DNA from: Spirochaetia bacterium
GTDB lineage: Bacteria > Spirochaetota > Spirochaetia > UBA9216
DNA length: 64,000 nt
Direction: 5' to 3'
Assembly (NCBI GenBank): GCA_963677925.2
Contig: CAXXYH010000003.1
Coordinates: 864,001-928,000, forward strand
The notes under the pieces are model-generated. The model was not told the DNA's origin. It was given only the letters and a program-made list of their open reading frames with translations, and did not search any database. A program made the translations under genes and the position numbers. Positions 1-9,871 of the stretch are shown here, one piece after another; positions within the stretch are counted from its first letter, which is position 1; each line of letters opens with the position of its first letter.

Positions 1-1
1 C

Positions 2-943
2 GCAAAATCGGGAGTAATTATTCTCGGCGCGACAAACAGACCCGAGGTTCTTGATGCAGCCCTTCTGCGCCCGGGCCGTTTTGACCGTCAGGTTGTAGTT
101 GACAAGCCTGATTTAACCGGACGTGAGGCCATCCTCAACATACATGCAAAAGATGTAAAGATGGACAAGGATGTGGACCTTCACGAGATAGCAAAGGCGA
201 CCTCTGGCTTTGTAGGGGCAGACCTGGCAAATATAATCAATGAAAGTGCGCTTCTTGCAGTAAGAGCCGGCAGAAAAAAAGTCGGGCAGAAAGACCTTGA
301 AGAGGCTATTGAGAAAACAATTGCCGGTCTGCAGAAGAAGAGCAAGAGAATAAATCCGCATGAGCGCAGGATTGTTGCCTATCATGAGACCGGGCACGCG
401 CTTACTGCTGCATTTACACCAGGCTCCGACCCTGTACAGAAGATAACAATCATCCCGCGCGGAATAGGAGCCCTGGGCTACACCCTTCAGACACCTACTG
501 AAGACCGCTTTCTTATGACAAAGGAAGAGCTTCTCGGCAAAATTGATGTTCTTCTGGGCGGCAGGGCAGCCGAACAGATAACCTTCGGAGAAGTTTCCAC
601 AGGCGCAGCCAACGATATAACAAGAGCAACTGATATTGCCCGCAGCCTGATTACCGAATACGGGATGAGCGACCGCTTTGAGAATGTTGTTCTGACAAAG
701 AGGGGTGCGACCTTCCTTGGGCAGGAATCAATGATGAGTCAGCGGGAATATTCCGAGACTACCCAGCAGTATGTTGATGATGAAATTGCAAAGATCATCA
801 ATGACCGCTATAAAAAAATTCTTAACCTGCTTCAGGAAAAAAAGGATGTACTGGAAAAAATTTCAGTAAGACTTCTTGATGTTGAGACTATTTCATCCAA
901 AGAGTTCCACGAACTTGCGGGAGTTACTCAGCAGGAGGACTGA
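2..943 (+). CDS. ftsH: ATP-dependent zinc metalloprotease FtsH, C-terminal part (5' end outside window)
   Basis: Frame open from base 2: [21 protein letters not shown] (AAA second region of homology), HETGH zinc motif, GALGYT, LGGRAAE. Confidence 0.96.
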   Translation, partial: AKSGVIILGATNRPEVLDAALLRPGRFDRQVVVDKPDLTGREAILNIHAKDVKMDKDVDLHEIAKATSGFVGADLANIINESALLAVRAGRKKVGQKDLEEAIEKTIAGLQKKSKRINPHERRIVAYHETGHALTAAFTPGSDPVQKITIIPRGIGALGYTLQTPTEDRFLMTKEELLGKIDVLLGGRAAEQITFGEVSTGAANDITRATDIARSLITEYGMSDRFENVVLTKRGATFLGQESMMSQREYSETTQQYVDDEIAKIINDRYKKILNLLQEKKDVLEKISVRLLDVETISSKEFHELAGVTQQED

Positions 944-1808
944 AGCAGTCCCAGAACGCCCTGAGGAGGGGCGATCCGAGCCGCCGCTGCAGAACACATA
1001 TTCCTACAGAATAGGGTTCCAGCGGCGGTTTTATTTCTATTGTATCTACATTTACTTCAAACGGCCGTTTTTCCACAACAAGCTCTGGAACAACCCCGGC
1101 ACCATAACCAAGACTGACCATGGCAAGAATGGCTTCATTTCCCGAAACCTGAGCGTAAATATTGGGTTTTATGCCTCTGCTGCGGAACCATTTTTCAACC
1201 CTCGTTCTTGCAAGCTCTCTTTCGGGCAGAATCATCGGGACATCTTCCCAGGGAACGTCTTCACAGGGCATACCGCTGTAAGTCCAGTTCTCTGCAGGAA
1301 CTATAAACACAAGAGGAGTTTTCCGAATTTCCGTAAACCCGATATTCTGCGACAGTCTGTCCGGTTTTGCGGCAATTGCTATATCAGCTCTTCCGTCCAT
1401 CACGTTCTGAACGGCCATTGAGGCCTCTCCGGTTTTAACTCGTATATGAATTTCAGGATACCTTCTGCGAAGAACGGCAAGAACATCAGGAAGGATGCTG
1501 TAGCAGGCGGTTACTGAACAGTAGAGACTAAGCTCTCCTTTCAAAACGGTCTTTTCTTCAAGCAGGTCCTCTTTCAGTTCCCGCCACATTCCGGTAACCC
1601 CGGCAGCATACTCTGCGAAGCGGCGTCCTGCAGGCGTCATGGTTACTGCACGGTTATCACGCTCAAAAAGCTGCTGTCCAAGTTCATCTTCAATCCGCTG
1701 GATCTGGCGGCTGAGCGCTGAACGGCTTATATTGCAGATCTGGCTGGTTCTGCCGAAATGTAGGGTTTCTGCAAGGGTAAGAAAAAGGTTTAGAGAATAC
1801 TGATCCAT
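924..1808 (-). CDS. ilvY: LysR-family regulator, IlvY-like
   Basis: N-terminal LysR HTH ([25 protein letters not shown]); [10 protein letters not shown] and [18 protein letters not shown] are IlvY-like. Start taken at MDQYS (1808). Confidence 0.8.
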   Translation of the reverse strand: MDQYSLNLFLTLAETLHFGRTSQICNISRSALSRQIQRIEDELGQQLFERDNRAVTMTPAGRRFAEYAAGVTGMWRELKEDLLEEKTVLKGELSLYCSVTACYSILPDVLAVLRRRYPEIHIRVKTGEASMAVQNVMDGRADIAIAAKPDRLSQNIGFTEIRKTPLVFIVPAENWTYSGMPCEDVPWEDVPMILPERELARTRVEKWFRSRGIKPNIYAQVSGNEAILAMVSLGYGAGVVPELVVEKRPFEVNVDTIEIKPPLEPYSVGICVLQRRLGSPLLRAFWDCFSPPAE

Positions 1809-1816
1809 GGTGCGCC

Positions 1817-2983
1817 TCAGTAAAGGGCTGTATGCCACAGGGACGGAGGAGGAAGTTCAATCATACCGCTTTGGAAAATTCTGTCCGTATCAGGCTCAAA
1901 ATATCGGACTGTTGAACTGAAGACAAGTGCGGGAAGCCTTTTCCAGCGTTCAGCGAAATACCGGTCAAGACTGTAGCTGTCTATTCTGCCCCACTGCTCA
2001 CCGCCTTCCTCAAGAAAGAAGACAGTGCTGTACAAAGCTCCGGAATCTTCACCAGAATCAATGACTATAAATTTAACTTCATAACCGGCACGTTTTAAAA
2101 TATCATAGAAAAACATTGAATAATCGGTATTATCCCCCTTACGGAGGACAAAGAAGTCTTCCGGAAGCATAACCATTCCATCATCGGGTTGTTTAAGAGA
2201 AATTCCGGTAACAGTATTAAACAGGTTTGTAATAAAATCACCTTCCATTCCCATAATACGGTATACAAAAGAATAAATTTCATCACCGGCATGATGAAAC
2301 TTGCGGTATTCGTAAAGTTCAGGATGCTCCAGAACACCTGAACTCGATACTGCAAGTCCCAGCTGGTTGAGAACCCCAAGACCGTCACGTACACCAAGCA
2401 TTGGCTGGAATGTGCTGCCTATTACAGTGGCAGAAAGCATTGCCTCAATAAAATCCGGTTTACCGTCCCGGGGGGCAAGTACATCCTCTGCCTCATAAAT
2501 CTTAAGACTGTAGTTGTCCGAAAAATCACGGAGCACAGCACCGGCAAGGTATGAATTGTCCGGATAAGCGTCATTAATTACAGGCTCAATTATATCAAGA
2601 TTATGTTCAAAACCGAATTTAACAGAGAAGCCGTATTGATCCCAGGTAAAAGTATACATATAGTCATTACCGTAGGACTCTCTGGAAATAACAGAGCCTT
2701 CAACAAGAATAAAATCACGCTTTTCAAGCAGTACTTCAACAGCATCCTTTACAGAAGCATCTATCATGACACAGGTACTGATACCTTCATCACCTTTTAC
2801 AGGAAGAGTTTCAGCCCTGTCAAAATCATTCAGGGGAACACTTATAACGGAGGCTCTTGATGAAGCCCGTCCAAGCATAGCCTCTGAGGCTGATTTGTAC
2901 ACAGAAACATAATCAGGAGCCGCAAAAAGCAGCGCAGAAGGGAAAATTAACATCAGAAGAATCTTTCCGGGTAATGATTTCAT
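1817..2983 (-). CDS. Secreted hypothetical protein with a degenerate transglutaminase-like C-terminal domain
   Basis: Signal peptide; KGDNTDYSMFFYDILKRAGYEV resembles the GDCxD(Y/F)A..L..G motif with Cys replaced by Asn. Confidence 0.5.
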   Translation of the reverse strand: MKSLPGKILLMLIFPSALLFAAPDYVSVYKSASEAMLGRASSRASVISVPLNDFDRAETLPVKGDEGISTCVMIDASVKDAVEVLLEKRDFILVEGSVISRESYGNDYMYTFTWDQYGFSVKFGFEHNLDIIEPVINDAYPDNSYLAGAVLRDFSDNYSLKIYEAEDVLAPRDGKPDFIEAMLSATVIGSTFQPMLGVRDGLGVLNQLGLAVSSSGVLEHPELYEYRKFHHAGDEIYSFVYRIMGMEGDFITNLFNTVTGISLKQPDDGMVMLPEDFFVLRKGDNTDYSMFFYDILKRAGYEVKFIVIDSGEDSGALYSTVFFLEEGGEQWGRIDSYSLDRYFAERWKRLPALVFSSTVRYFEPDTDRIFQSGMIELPPPSLWHTALY

Positions 2984-3014
2984 ATTTTGTTATTATAATC
3001 CAAAACCTGCACTC

Positions 3015-3040
3015 TAAAAAGCGGTTTTCTTTTCCGATAA
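3015..3040 (+). promoter_or_regulatory. Candidate sigma28 (FliA) promoter
   Basis: TAAA(3015-3018)-N14-TCCGATAA(3033-3040), ending 6 nt before ATG 3047. Confidence 0.45.
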
Positions 3041-3046
3041 AGAATT

Positions 3047-4678
3047 ATGGAAAAGATAAAAACAGATGCGGATATACTTAAAGAAAAAACAATTGCTGTA
3101 GCGTCAGGTAAGGGCGGAGTCGGAAAAACAACCACCTGTGTAAACCTGGCCGTCTTTTTTGCCCGTTCCGGAAAGAAGACAGCACTGCTTGATCTGGATC
3201 CGCTTTCTGATATAGCCACCCTTCTGGATATTCATGAATCAGAGGCAGTGCTAAAGAAATCCGGTTCAAATCGAATCAGTATAAATGTCCTTCCAAATCT
3301 TGATCTTATCTTTCCGGACAGTAAAGCTGAAAAAGCTGCCGGTGATTTCTATGATAATTTTCTTGAAATCACGGGAACTCTTGAACGCAAATACGACAGG
3401 CTAATTCTGGACCTTCCCGCAGGAAGTCTTTATGAGGAAAACCTTGTTTTCCTCAAGCACAGCAGAAGACTTATCGTCGTAACCAATGATGAACCGACAT
3501 CTCATGCAGCATCAGGAGCATACATTAAAAAGGCCGTTGAAAGCGGTATTGAGATTGAGTATCTGCTTTGGCACAACAAGTACAGCGGGATTACCACCGC
3601 AGGCTTTGACCCCGGCGATCTTCCCGGAAACTACAACCGTAATGTTCCAGAGGAGGATCAGTTTGACTTTGACACGGTCACGATGAATGACATTGCATTC
3701 ATCCCCAATGACCCGGCAATGGACCTGCTGCAGAGCACCCCCTCACTGACAGTAAATATCCTGGCTCAGATGAGTGAACGGATAGACTTCCTGATGGAGG
3801 AAAGAATCAACGAAATAAGCTACACTGCCGAACTCCCGGCACAGGCAGGTTCACTTATCAAACATTTCATCCATCTGAATCCATACATCAGCAATATAGA
3901 AAAATACTATGCAAAGCTTTCCGAATATATATATGTAATCCTTGAAACGAAGGTTCTCAGTTCCGCCGCCGGAGACTACATGAAATCAGTCCGTGAAGGC
4001 GGTATCAATCTATTCACCGAGGAAGAACGGACAGCAGTAACAGATCTGCTGAAACGGACCTCGGAAGACGGCCTGATGTCAGATCTGGTCAACACTGCAG
4101 GGCTGGTCAGAAAGACAATGGATGGACTGGGTAATGAAAACCGTCTGTTTTACAGCGGAAACAGCAGCTCGGCACTGAAAGCTGTGGACAGAAGAATCAG
4201 TATGCTGCTTGCCAGGCTTCATGATGAACGGAATAATCACAGCGCGTATATAGTAAACACTGCAGGCCTTCTGCTCTTTGATTTTTCACTTCTGAAACTT
4301 CTCTCATCCCCCACAGTTGCAGGTATTATCACTGGTTTTATTCCAAACCGGAAAAATTCGAGGGGGCAAACCGTCCGAGATAAACACAGTCAGATTCTGC
4401 AGCTGATAAACGAAGAGAAAAGCTACAAAAGCTCCTATATAAAGCTTCTTAATACCCTATTTCCTGTTATTCTGAAGCAGACGGCGGCAATTGTAGAAAC
4501 ATTCGGAACCGCAGGCCTTCTGTTCAGAGACAGCAGCGGTATAAAGAAGGATGTTTACCTGAAACTGCTCTCAACTTTTCTGCACAATACAGTAAACAGC
4601 GGTCTCGGAGTTATTGTCGGATTCCCATTCCGGCCCGCATCCTCAGCCTTTGAGAAGGCTGCTACTAGATTGGCATAA
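3047..4678 (+). CDS. MinD/FlhG/ParA-family P-loop ATPase with long C-terminal extension
   Basis: Deviant Walker [34 protein letters not shown]; roughly 300 aa of unrecognised C-terminal sequence. Confidence 0.8.
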   Translation: MEKIKTDADILKEKTIAVASGKGGVGKTTTCVNLAVFFARSGKKTALLDLDPLSDIATLLDIHESEAVLKKSGSNRISINVLPNLDLIFPDSKAEKAAGDFYDNFLEITGTLERKYDRLILDLPAGSLYEENLVFLKHSRRLIVVTNDEPTSHAASGAYIKKAVESGIEIEYLLWHNKYSGITTAGFDPGDLPGNYNRNVPEEDQFDFDTVTMNDIAFIPNDPAMDLLQSTPSLTVNILAQMSERIDFLMEERINEISYTAELPAQAGSLIKHFIHLNPYISNIEKYYAKLSEYIYVILETKVLSSAAGDYMKSVREGGINLFTEEERTAVTDLLKRTSEDGLMSDLVNTAGLVRKTMDGLGNENRLFYSGNSSSALKAVDRRISMLLARLHDERNNHSAYIVNTAGLLLFDFSLLKLLSSPTVAGIITGFIPNRKNSRGQTVRDKHSQILQLINEEKSYKSSYIKLLNTLFPVILKQTAAIVETFGTAGLLFRDSSGIKKDVYLKLLSTFLHNTVNSGLGVIVGFPFRPASSAFEKAATRLA

Positions 4679-4781
4679 ACTTTAGTAGTATTTTAATCTA
4701 AACTTTCATTCTCATACTTCTGATCTCCACTGCCCGGGTATATAATATTTTCTATAAAACCTAAGTCAGGGGGGGCTTATC

Positions 4782-5825
4782 ATGTTAAAAAAATTATCTA
4801 TCATCGTTGTTATTACTATAATACTGTTTTCATCCTGTTTTCTCGAAGCACCGTCTTCAGTGCTCGGCACATTAGAACTTAACCTTGATTATTCAGGCAG
4901 CCGCGGAACTACGCTTTTATACGGACTGGAAGAGGGAGACGTTACATATTTAACTATAGCTTTTACCGGAGCTGAAGATTTCACTCATACCTACACAACA
5001 GCTGAAGCGGCTGCCGGAATCGAAATGCTTCCAGGAGCATACACTGCTACAGTTACAGGTTATGATGCAGATCCCGCTGCAGCCGGAGTTGCAATTGTTA
5101 CCGGAAGTATTGCTGAGTTTACAATAACGACCGGAGCTTCGACAGCCGCCTCGGCAACACTTGCAGCAACTGCAGACAGCACCGGTACTATAAATCCAAT
5201 AACTGTTAGCTGGACTGGTTCAGGAATCACAGTTGCCGCAGCTTCAGCTTCGTTAACATTGATATCTACAGGAACCGCAGAGCTGAACGGTGCACTGGTT
5301 ACCACCAATATGGCAAGCGGATCTGTAACGTACAGTAACACCGGCCTGGCAGGCGCAGGAATTACTTCAGGGGATTATCTTTTTACAATTGAACTCACAG
5401 ACTCAGACAGCAACACTTTATCATATTCAACAGTAGTACAGGTTCGGGACAATATTGTAACCTCCGGTACAATTTCATTCGACTATGAAGACTTTGTCGG
5501 AGACACAACAGGAACAGTTAATATTACACTCTCTGTGAATACTCCTACCGACGAGACTTTGACCTTTACTTCAGACGGAAGCACCGCACTTGCAGATGAC
5601 ACTGTATATGATATCAGCAATGGAGATACGGTCAGCGTCTTTGTAGAAAGCGGTTATGATTCTTACACATGGTCAGTAACCGGTGTAGACCTGAGCGCAA
5701 GTACAGGCAACAATACCTCATTTGCGGCTTCAGCACTAAGTGCCGGCGTGTACCATCTAACAGTCTACGTTCAAAGCAGCGGCGCATACTATTCAGACAC
5801 TCTCAGATTTATTGTGGTTGACTAG
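4782..5825 (+). CDS. Ser/Thr/Ala-rich beta-strand lipoprotein
   Basis: MLKK, hydrophobic stretch and LFSSC lipobox; T/S/A/G-rich mature part. Confidence 0.75.
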   Translation: MLKKLSIIVVITIILFSSCFLEAPSSVLGTLELNLDYSGSRGTTLLYGLEEGDVTYLTIAFTGAEDFTHTYTTAEAAAGIEMLPGAYTATVTGYDADPAAAGVAIVTGSIAEFTITTGASTAASATLAATADSTGTINPITVSWTGSGITVAAASASLTLISTGTAELNGALVTTNMASGSVTYSNTGLAGAGITSGDYLFTIELTDSDSNTLSYSTVVQVRDNIVTSGTISFDYEDFVGDTTGTVNITLSVNTPTDETLTFTSDGSTALADDTVYDISNGDTVSVFVESGYDSYTWSVTGVDLSASTGNNTSFAASALSAGVYHLTVYVQSSGAYYSDTLRFIVVD

Positions 5826-5855
5826 CAGGGCGTAATTAGAGAAACTGTTTTAACT

Positions 5856-6560
5856 ATGATAAAACGAACTGCTGCCACAGTACTAACTGTATTTATGATA
5901 ATTATTTCAGCCTCATGCATGGGCGGTGAATCCGCCCTGCCCGGAGGCATTGGTCTCGACTTTACAATTGATACAGACAGCTGTTCACGTTTTGCTACAA
6001 TTTCACCCGAACTTGCAATATCGCAGTACAGGGTTTCATTTATCTCTTTCAACGGAGAAGCCGTCTCCGAAGAGGATCAGATATTTGCCGGAACATCAGG
6101 AGCTCTTCTTCTGGACCACGGCACCTGGGTGATTCAGGCAAGTGCAGAACTGGCGGATGAAACCGCAGTAGCCGAATCTGCGGAGATATCTGTTGATGTT
6201 GTTGCAGGGACTACATCCGAGCAGACCATTACACTTGAACTACTCAATACAACCGGCGAACTCAGCATCAGCCTCGAGACATCAGGATTGTCGGTACTTT
6301 CAGTCACTGGAGTAAACTGGAGTCTCTACAAGGGCCTTACGAGCCCGACAACCCTTGTAGATGGTGCGGCAATAACTGCCCCTTACGCAATGACTTATAC
6401 CGGAGACAGCGGTACGGACTACAGGCTTTCCGCTTCGATTACAGCCGAGGACAGCGGATCCGTATCATACACTGCGGTATTCGAAGGGATAGTTCATGTT
6501 TTCGGAAACCTTACAACAACCGGCACTATTGCCGTTTCCGACTCTGACTTCATAGACTAA
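5856..6560 (+). CDS. Lipoprotein, probably co-transcribed with and related to the upstream lipoprotein
   Basis: ISASC lipobox; similar pattern (G.W/Y....A, V.AG.T, TTGTI). Confidence 0.7.
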   Translation: MIKRTAATVLTVFMIIISASCMGGESALPGGIGLDFTIDTDSCSRFATISPELAISQYRVSFISFNGEAVSEEDQIFAGTSGALLLDHGTWVIQASAELADETAVAESAEISVDVVAGTTSEQTITLELLNTTGELSISLETSGLSVLSVTGVNWSLYKGLTSPTTLVDGAAITAPYAMTYTGDSGTDYRLSASITAEDSGSVSYTAVFEGIVHVFGNLTTTGTIAVSDSDFID

Positions 6561-6627
6561 CAAGTGTTTATACACCCTCTTAAAATTCAAACAATATATT
6601 AATATTTTCTTAACAATTTCTATTGCC

Positions 6628-6643
6628 ACCCAATATATAGCGT
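6628..6643. promoter_or_regulatory. NrdR box 1
   Basis: ACCCAATATATAGCGT matches acaCwAtATaTwGtgt. Confidence 0.8.
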
Positions 6644-6670
6644 GATAAAATTGGCAGACTATTGGATGAA

Positions 6671-6686
6671 GCACTATATATAGTGG
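6671..6686. promoter_or_regulatory. NrdR box 2
   Basis: GCACTATATATAGTGG with palindromic core, upstream of nrdR-nrdD. Confidence 0.9.
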
Positions 6687-6740
6687 ACAAAATTCCGATA
6701 ATAATAACAGACAGTACTATTAAAGATCAGGATTTTTTAA

Positions 6741-7196
6741 ATGAGATGTCCGCGGTGCGGAGAAGATAACGACAGAGTTCTGGAATCAAGACAGTCAGCA
6801 ACGGCCAATTCAATCAGAAGAAGGCGCGAGTGTCTGTCATGTTCATACAGGTTCACCTCCTACGAACGGATTGAGGAACAGCCGCTGATGGTTATTAAAA
6901 GAAGCGGTGTGCGGGAACCCTTTGATATCAGCAAGATAGCCAGAGGTCTTGAACGCTCTCTTGAAAAACGTCCTGTTCCTGCAGAAACTGTTGCAGAAAT
7001 ACTGACATCGATAGAAGACGAAGCCTATATGCTGGGTAAAAGCAGTCATGAGGTTTCAGCCGAGGCTCTCGGCGAACTGGCACTGGAAAAACTTTACAGC
7101 ATAGACAGTGTTGCCTATGTAAGGTTTGCATCAGTCTACAGGAAATACGCCGATGTTCAGCAGTTCGTCGATGAGATAAAAAAGTTAAAATTCTAA
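6741..7196 (+). CDS. nrdR: Transcriptional repressor NrdR
   Basis: MRCPRC...IRRRRECLSCSYRFTSYE zinc ribbon, ATP cone, VAYVRFASVY. Confidence 0.97.
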   Translation: MRCPRCGEDNDRVLESRQSATANSIRRRRECLSCSYRFTSYERIEEQPLMVIKRSGVREPFDISKIARGLERSLEKRPVPAETVAEILTSIEDEAYMLGKSSHEVSAEALGELALEKLYSIDSVAYVRFASVYRKYADVQQFVDEIKKLKF

Positions 7197-7212
7197 AACT
7201 CGGGGGGGAGAA

Positions 7213-9327
7213 TTGGATTTCAGCAAAAACGAAAACGACTGGAAAGATTTTCTTGGCGTTGAACATAAGCCTGCAGTCGAAGCGGTAATCAGGCGCATAG
7301 TCAAACGTGACGGAAAAATAGAACAGTACGACAGATGGAAAATCGCAAGCGCAATCGGAAGGGCTGTCTCTGCAGTTCAGGAATCTGAAAATCCTGAGTT
7401 GGTAGAAGAACTTACCTGCCAGGTTGAAACAGCGCTTAAATCATTCATGAAGGGACGGCACCCTAATTCTGCGCCTGCAATCGAAGAGATTCAGGATATC
7501 GTAGAGCACATTCTTGTTGAATCAGGACAGGTTGATATAGCAAAAGCATACATTATCTACCGTGCCAGGCATGAAGTTATCCGTGATACCAGGAAACTTA
7601 TGCTCGACATCAACAATACCATGGACGGCTACCTGCAGCAGTCTGACTGGCGCGTAAATGAAAACGCAAACGTCAACTTCTCACTGGGAGGCCTGATTCT
7701 GCATAACTCCGGTACAATTACAGCCAACTACTGGCTGAAAAACATCTACCGGGAAGAAGTAGCCGAAGCGCATAGAAACGCGGATTTTCATATTCATGAT
7801 TTATCCATGTTTTCAGGCTATTGTGCCGGATGGTCGCTCAGACAGCTGATACAGGAAGGTCTCGGCGGAGTACCCGACAAGATCACATCGCTGCCGGCAG
7901 CCCACCTTTCAACTCTGATTCAGCAGATAGTAAACTTTCTCGGAATCATGCAGAATGAATGGGCCGGCGCCCAGGCACTCTCAAGCTTTGATACCTATCT
8001 TGCTCCATTTGTAAAGGCCGATGAGCTTTCGCATAAGGAAGTGAAACAGGGGCTTCAGAGCTTTATCTTCGGAGTTAATACTCCATCAAGATGGGGCAGT
8101 CAGGCACCTTTTACAAACATCACACTGGACTGGATAGTTCCTGACGATCTGAAGGATAAACCTGCAATCGTAGGCGGAAAGGAAATGGATTTCACCTACG
8201 GCGAATGCCAGGATGAAATGGATATAATCAACAAGGCTTTCATTGAGCTTATGATTACCGGAGATGCAAACGGACGCGGATTCCAGTACCCCATTCCTAC
8301 TTATAACATTACAAAGAACTTCAACTGGACATCACCGAATGCAAAGCTTCTGTTTGAAATGACTGCTAAATACGGAACACCCTACTTTCAGAATTTCATC
8401 AATTCAGATCTCAACCCCGGTGATGTACGTTCCATGTGCTGCAGACTTCAGCTTGACAAGAGAGAACTTAGAAAAAGAGGCGGAGGCCTTTTCGGCTCAG
8501 ATGAGTTCACAGGATCGATAGGTGTTGTCACTATTAACCTGCCGAAAATAGGATATCTCTCCAATTCAAGAAATGATTTCTTCAGCCGGCTTGCCCACCT
8601 GATGGATCTTGCTGCGGAATCACTGTCGATGAAGAGAAAGGTAGTTAACAGGCTGATGGATTCGGGACTCTTTCCCTACACAAAACGCTATCTGTCACAT
8701 CTCAACAACCATTTCTCAACAATCGGGATCTGCGGAATGAACGAGTGTCTGCTTAACTTCATGGGCAAGGACATCCTTGACACCGAGGGCAGAGAGTTCG
8801 CACTTGAGGTTCTTGATTTCATGAGGGACAGACTGGCCGATTACCAGGAAAAAACCGGTGACCTCTACAACCTTGAAGCCACACCTGCTGAAAGTACAAG
8901 CTACCGTCTTGCAAAGCACGACAAGCAGCGATATCCGGATATTATTACTGCCGGTACAGACGATCCCTATTACACCAATTCTTCACAGCTGCCGGTAGAC
9001 TTTACGACAGATATCTTTGAAGCACTCGATCTGCAGGATGAACTTCAGATTAAATACACCGGAGGAACGGTTTTCCACGGATTCCTCGGCGAGGCAATTG
9101 ACGACTGGGAATCCTGCATGAATCTGGTGAGAGGTATTGCCAGCAACTACCACCTGCCCTACTTCACAATATCACCGACATTCTCGGTATGTCCGAAGCA
9201 CGGCTACCTGAACGGCGAACATTTCAACTGTCCGAAATGTGCTGATGAGGAAAAAGCGGAAATTGCAAAGAAAATTGAACAGCTTGAAAAAGAAAAATCA
9301 TCGCTCTTTGGAGCAGAAAACAGATAA
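7213..9327 (+). CDS. nrdD: Class III anaerobic ribonucleoside-triphosphate reductase, catalytic subunit lacking the glycyl-radical tail
   Basis: ATP cone (IVKRDG), HIHDL, YCAGWS, SMCCRL, GSIGVVTINLP, LEATPAES, C-terminal CPKH...CPKC; no RxxGY motif; TTG start after GGAG. Confidence 0.93.
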   Translation: MDFSKNENDWKDFLGVEHKPAVEAVIRRIVKRDGKIEQYDRWKIASAIGRAVSAVQESENPELVEELTCQVETALKSFMKGRHPNSAPAIEEIQDIVEHILVESGQVDIAKAYIIYRARHEVIRDTRKLMLDINNTMDGYLQQSDWRVNENANVNFSLGGLILHNSGTITANYWLKNIYREEVAEAHRNADFHIHDLSMFSGYCAGWSLRQLIQEGLGGVPDKITSLPAAHLSTLIQQIVNFLGIMQNEWAGAQALSSFDTYLAPFVKADELSHKEVKQGLQSFIFGVNTPSRWGSQAPFTNITLDWIVPDDLKDKPAIVGGKEMDFTYGECQDEMDIINKAFIELMITGDANGRGFQYPIPTYNITKNFNWTSPNAKLLFEMTAKYGTPYFQNFINSDLNPGDVRSMCCRLQLDKRELRKRGGGLFGSDEFTGSIGVVTINLPKIGYLSNSRNDFFSRLAHLMDLAAESLSMKRKVVNRLMDSGLFPYTKRYLSHLNNHFSTIGICGMNECLLNFMGKDILDTEGREFALEVLDFMRDRLADYQEKTGDLYNLEATPAESTSYRLAKHDKQRYPDIITAGTDDPYYTNSSQLPVDFTTDIFEALDLQDELQIKYTGGTVFHGFLGEAIDDWESCMNLVRGIASNYHLPYFTISPTFSVCPKHGYLNGEHFNCPKCADEEKAEIAKKIEQLEKEKSSLFGAENR

Positions 9328-9340
9328 CTGGGAGAACATT

Positions 9341-9868
9341 ATGAAAACTGTTGAAACAATTGAAAAAGAAATCAGAACACTGAAGGACAAACTTCAGACC
9401 GTTAAGGGAACCGAAACCGAAGTGTATACAAGAATTGTAGGATACTACCGGTCTGTAAGAAACTGGAACAAGGGTAAAAGAGACGAGTACAACCACAGAA
9501 CACTTTTTTCCCAGCCCGACAAGCCTTCTGTAAGAGAAGCCGCCGGAGCCGCCATCAGCACTGCTACATACACTGATCAGAGCCCCGCATCATTCCTTCA
9601 GCAGGAAACATCAGTTCAGCCTTCTTCATATATTTACTTTTACAGGACTACATGTCCCAACTGTCCGCCCGTTAAAAACTGGCTTGAAGGTTTCTACATG
9701 AACGGAAAAACAGTTAATGTAGATGAAAAATCAGGTTTTGAACTTGCAGGAAAATACAAAATTTTCGTATCACCTACAGTTGTCTTCATCGATGAATCGG
9801 GAAATGAGCTCTACAGGGCCACAAGTGTTGATTCACTGAAGTCACTTTTCACTGAAGTTTTAGTTTAA
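9341..9868 (+). CDS. Stand-alone NrdD glycyl-radical domain fused to a thioredoxin/glutaredoxin-like domain
   Basis: RBS GGAGA then ATG 9341; TEVYTRIVGYYRSVRNWNKGKRDEY (NrdD radical loop); C-terminal YFYRTTCPNCPPVK and VSPTVVF (Trx fold). Confidence 0.85.
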   Translation: MKTVETIEKEIRTLKDKLQTVKGTETEVYTRIVGYYRSVRNWNKGKRDEYNHRTLFSQPDKPSVREAAGAAISTATYTDQSPASFLQQETSVQPSSYIYFYRTTCPNCPPVKNWLEGFYMNGKTVNVDEKSGFELAGKYKIFVSPTVVFIDESGNELYRATSVDSLKSLFTEVLV

Positions 9869-9871
9869 AAA

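Noticed and set aside
9239-9340. Programmed frameshift or pseudogene joining nrdD to the downstream ORF
   Set aside because: The overlapping upstream extension looks non-coding, ATG 9341 has its own GGAGA RBS, and both ends form ordered heptads. A sequencing error cannot be fully excluded without reads.
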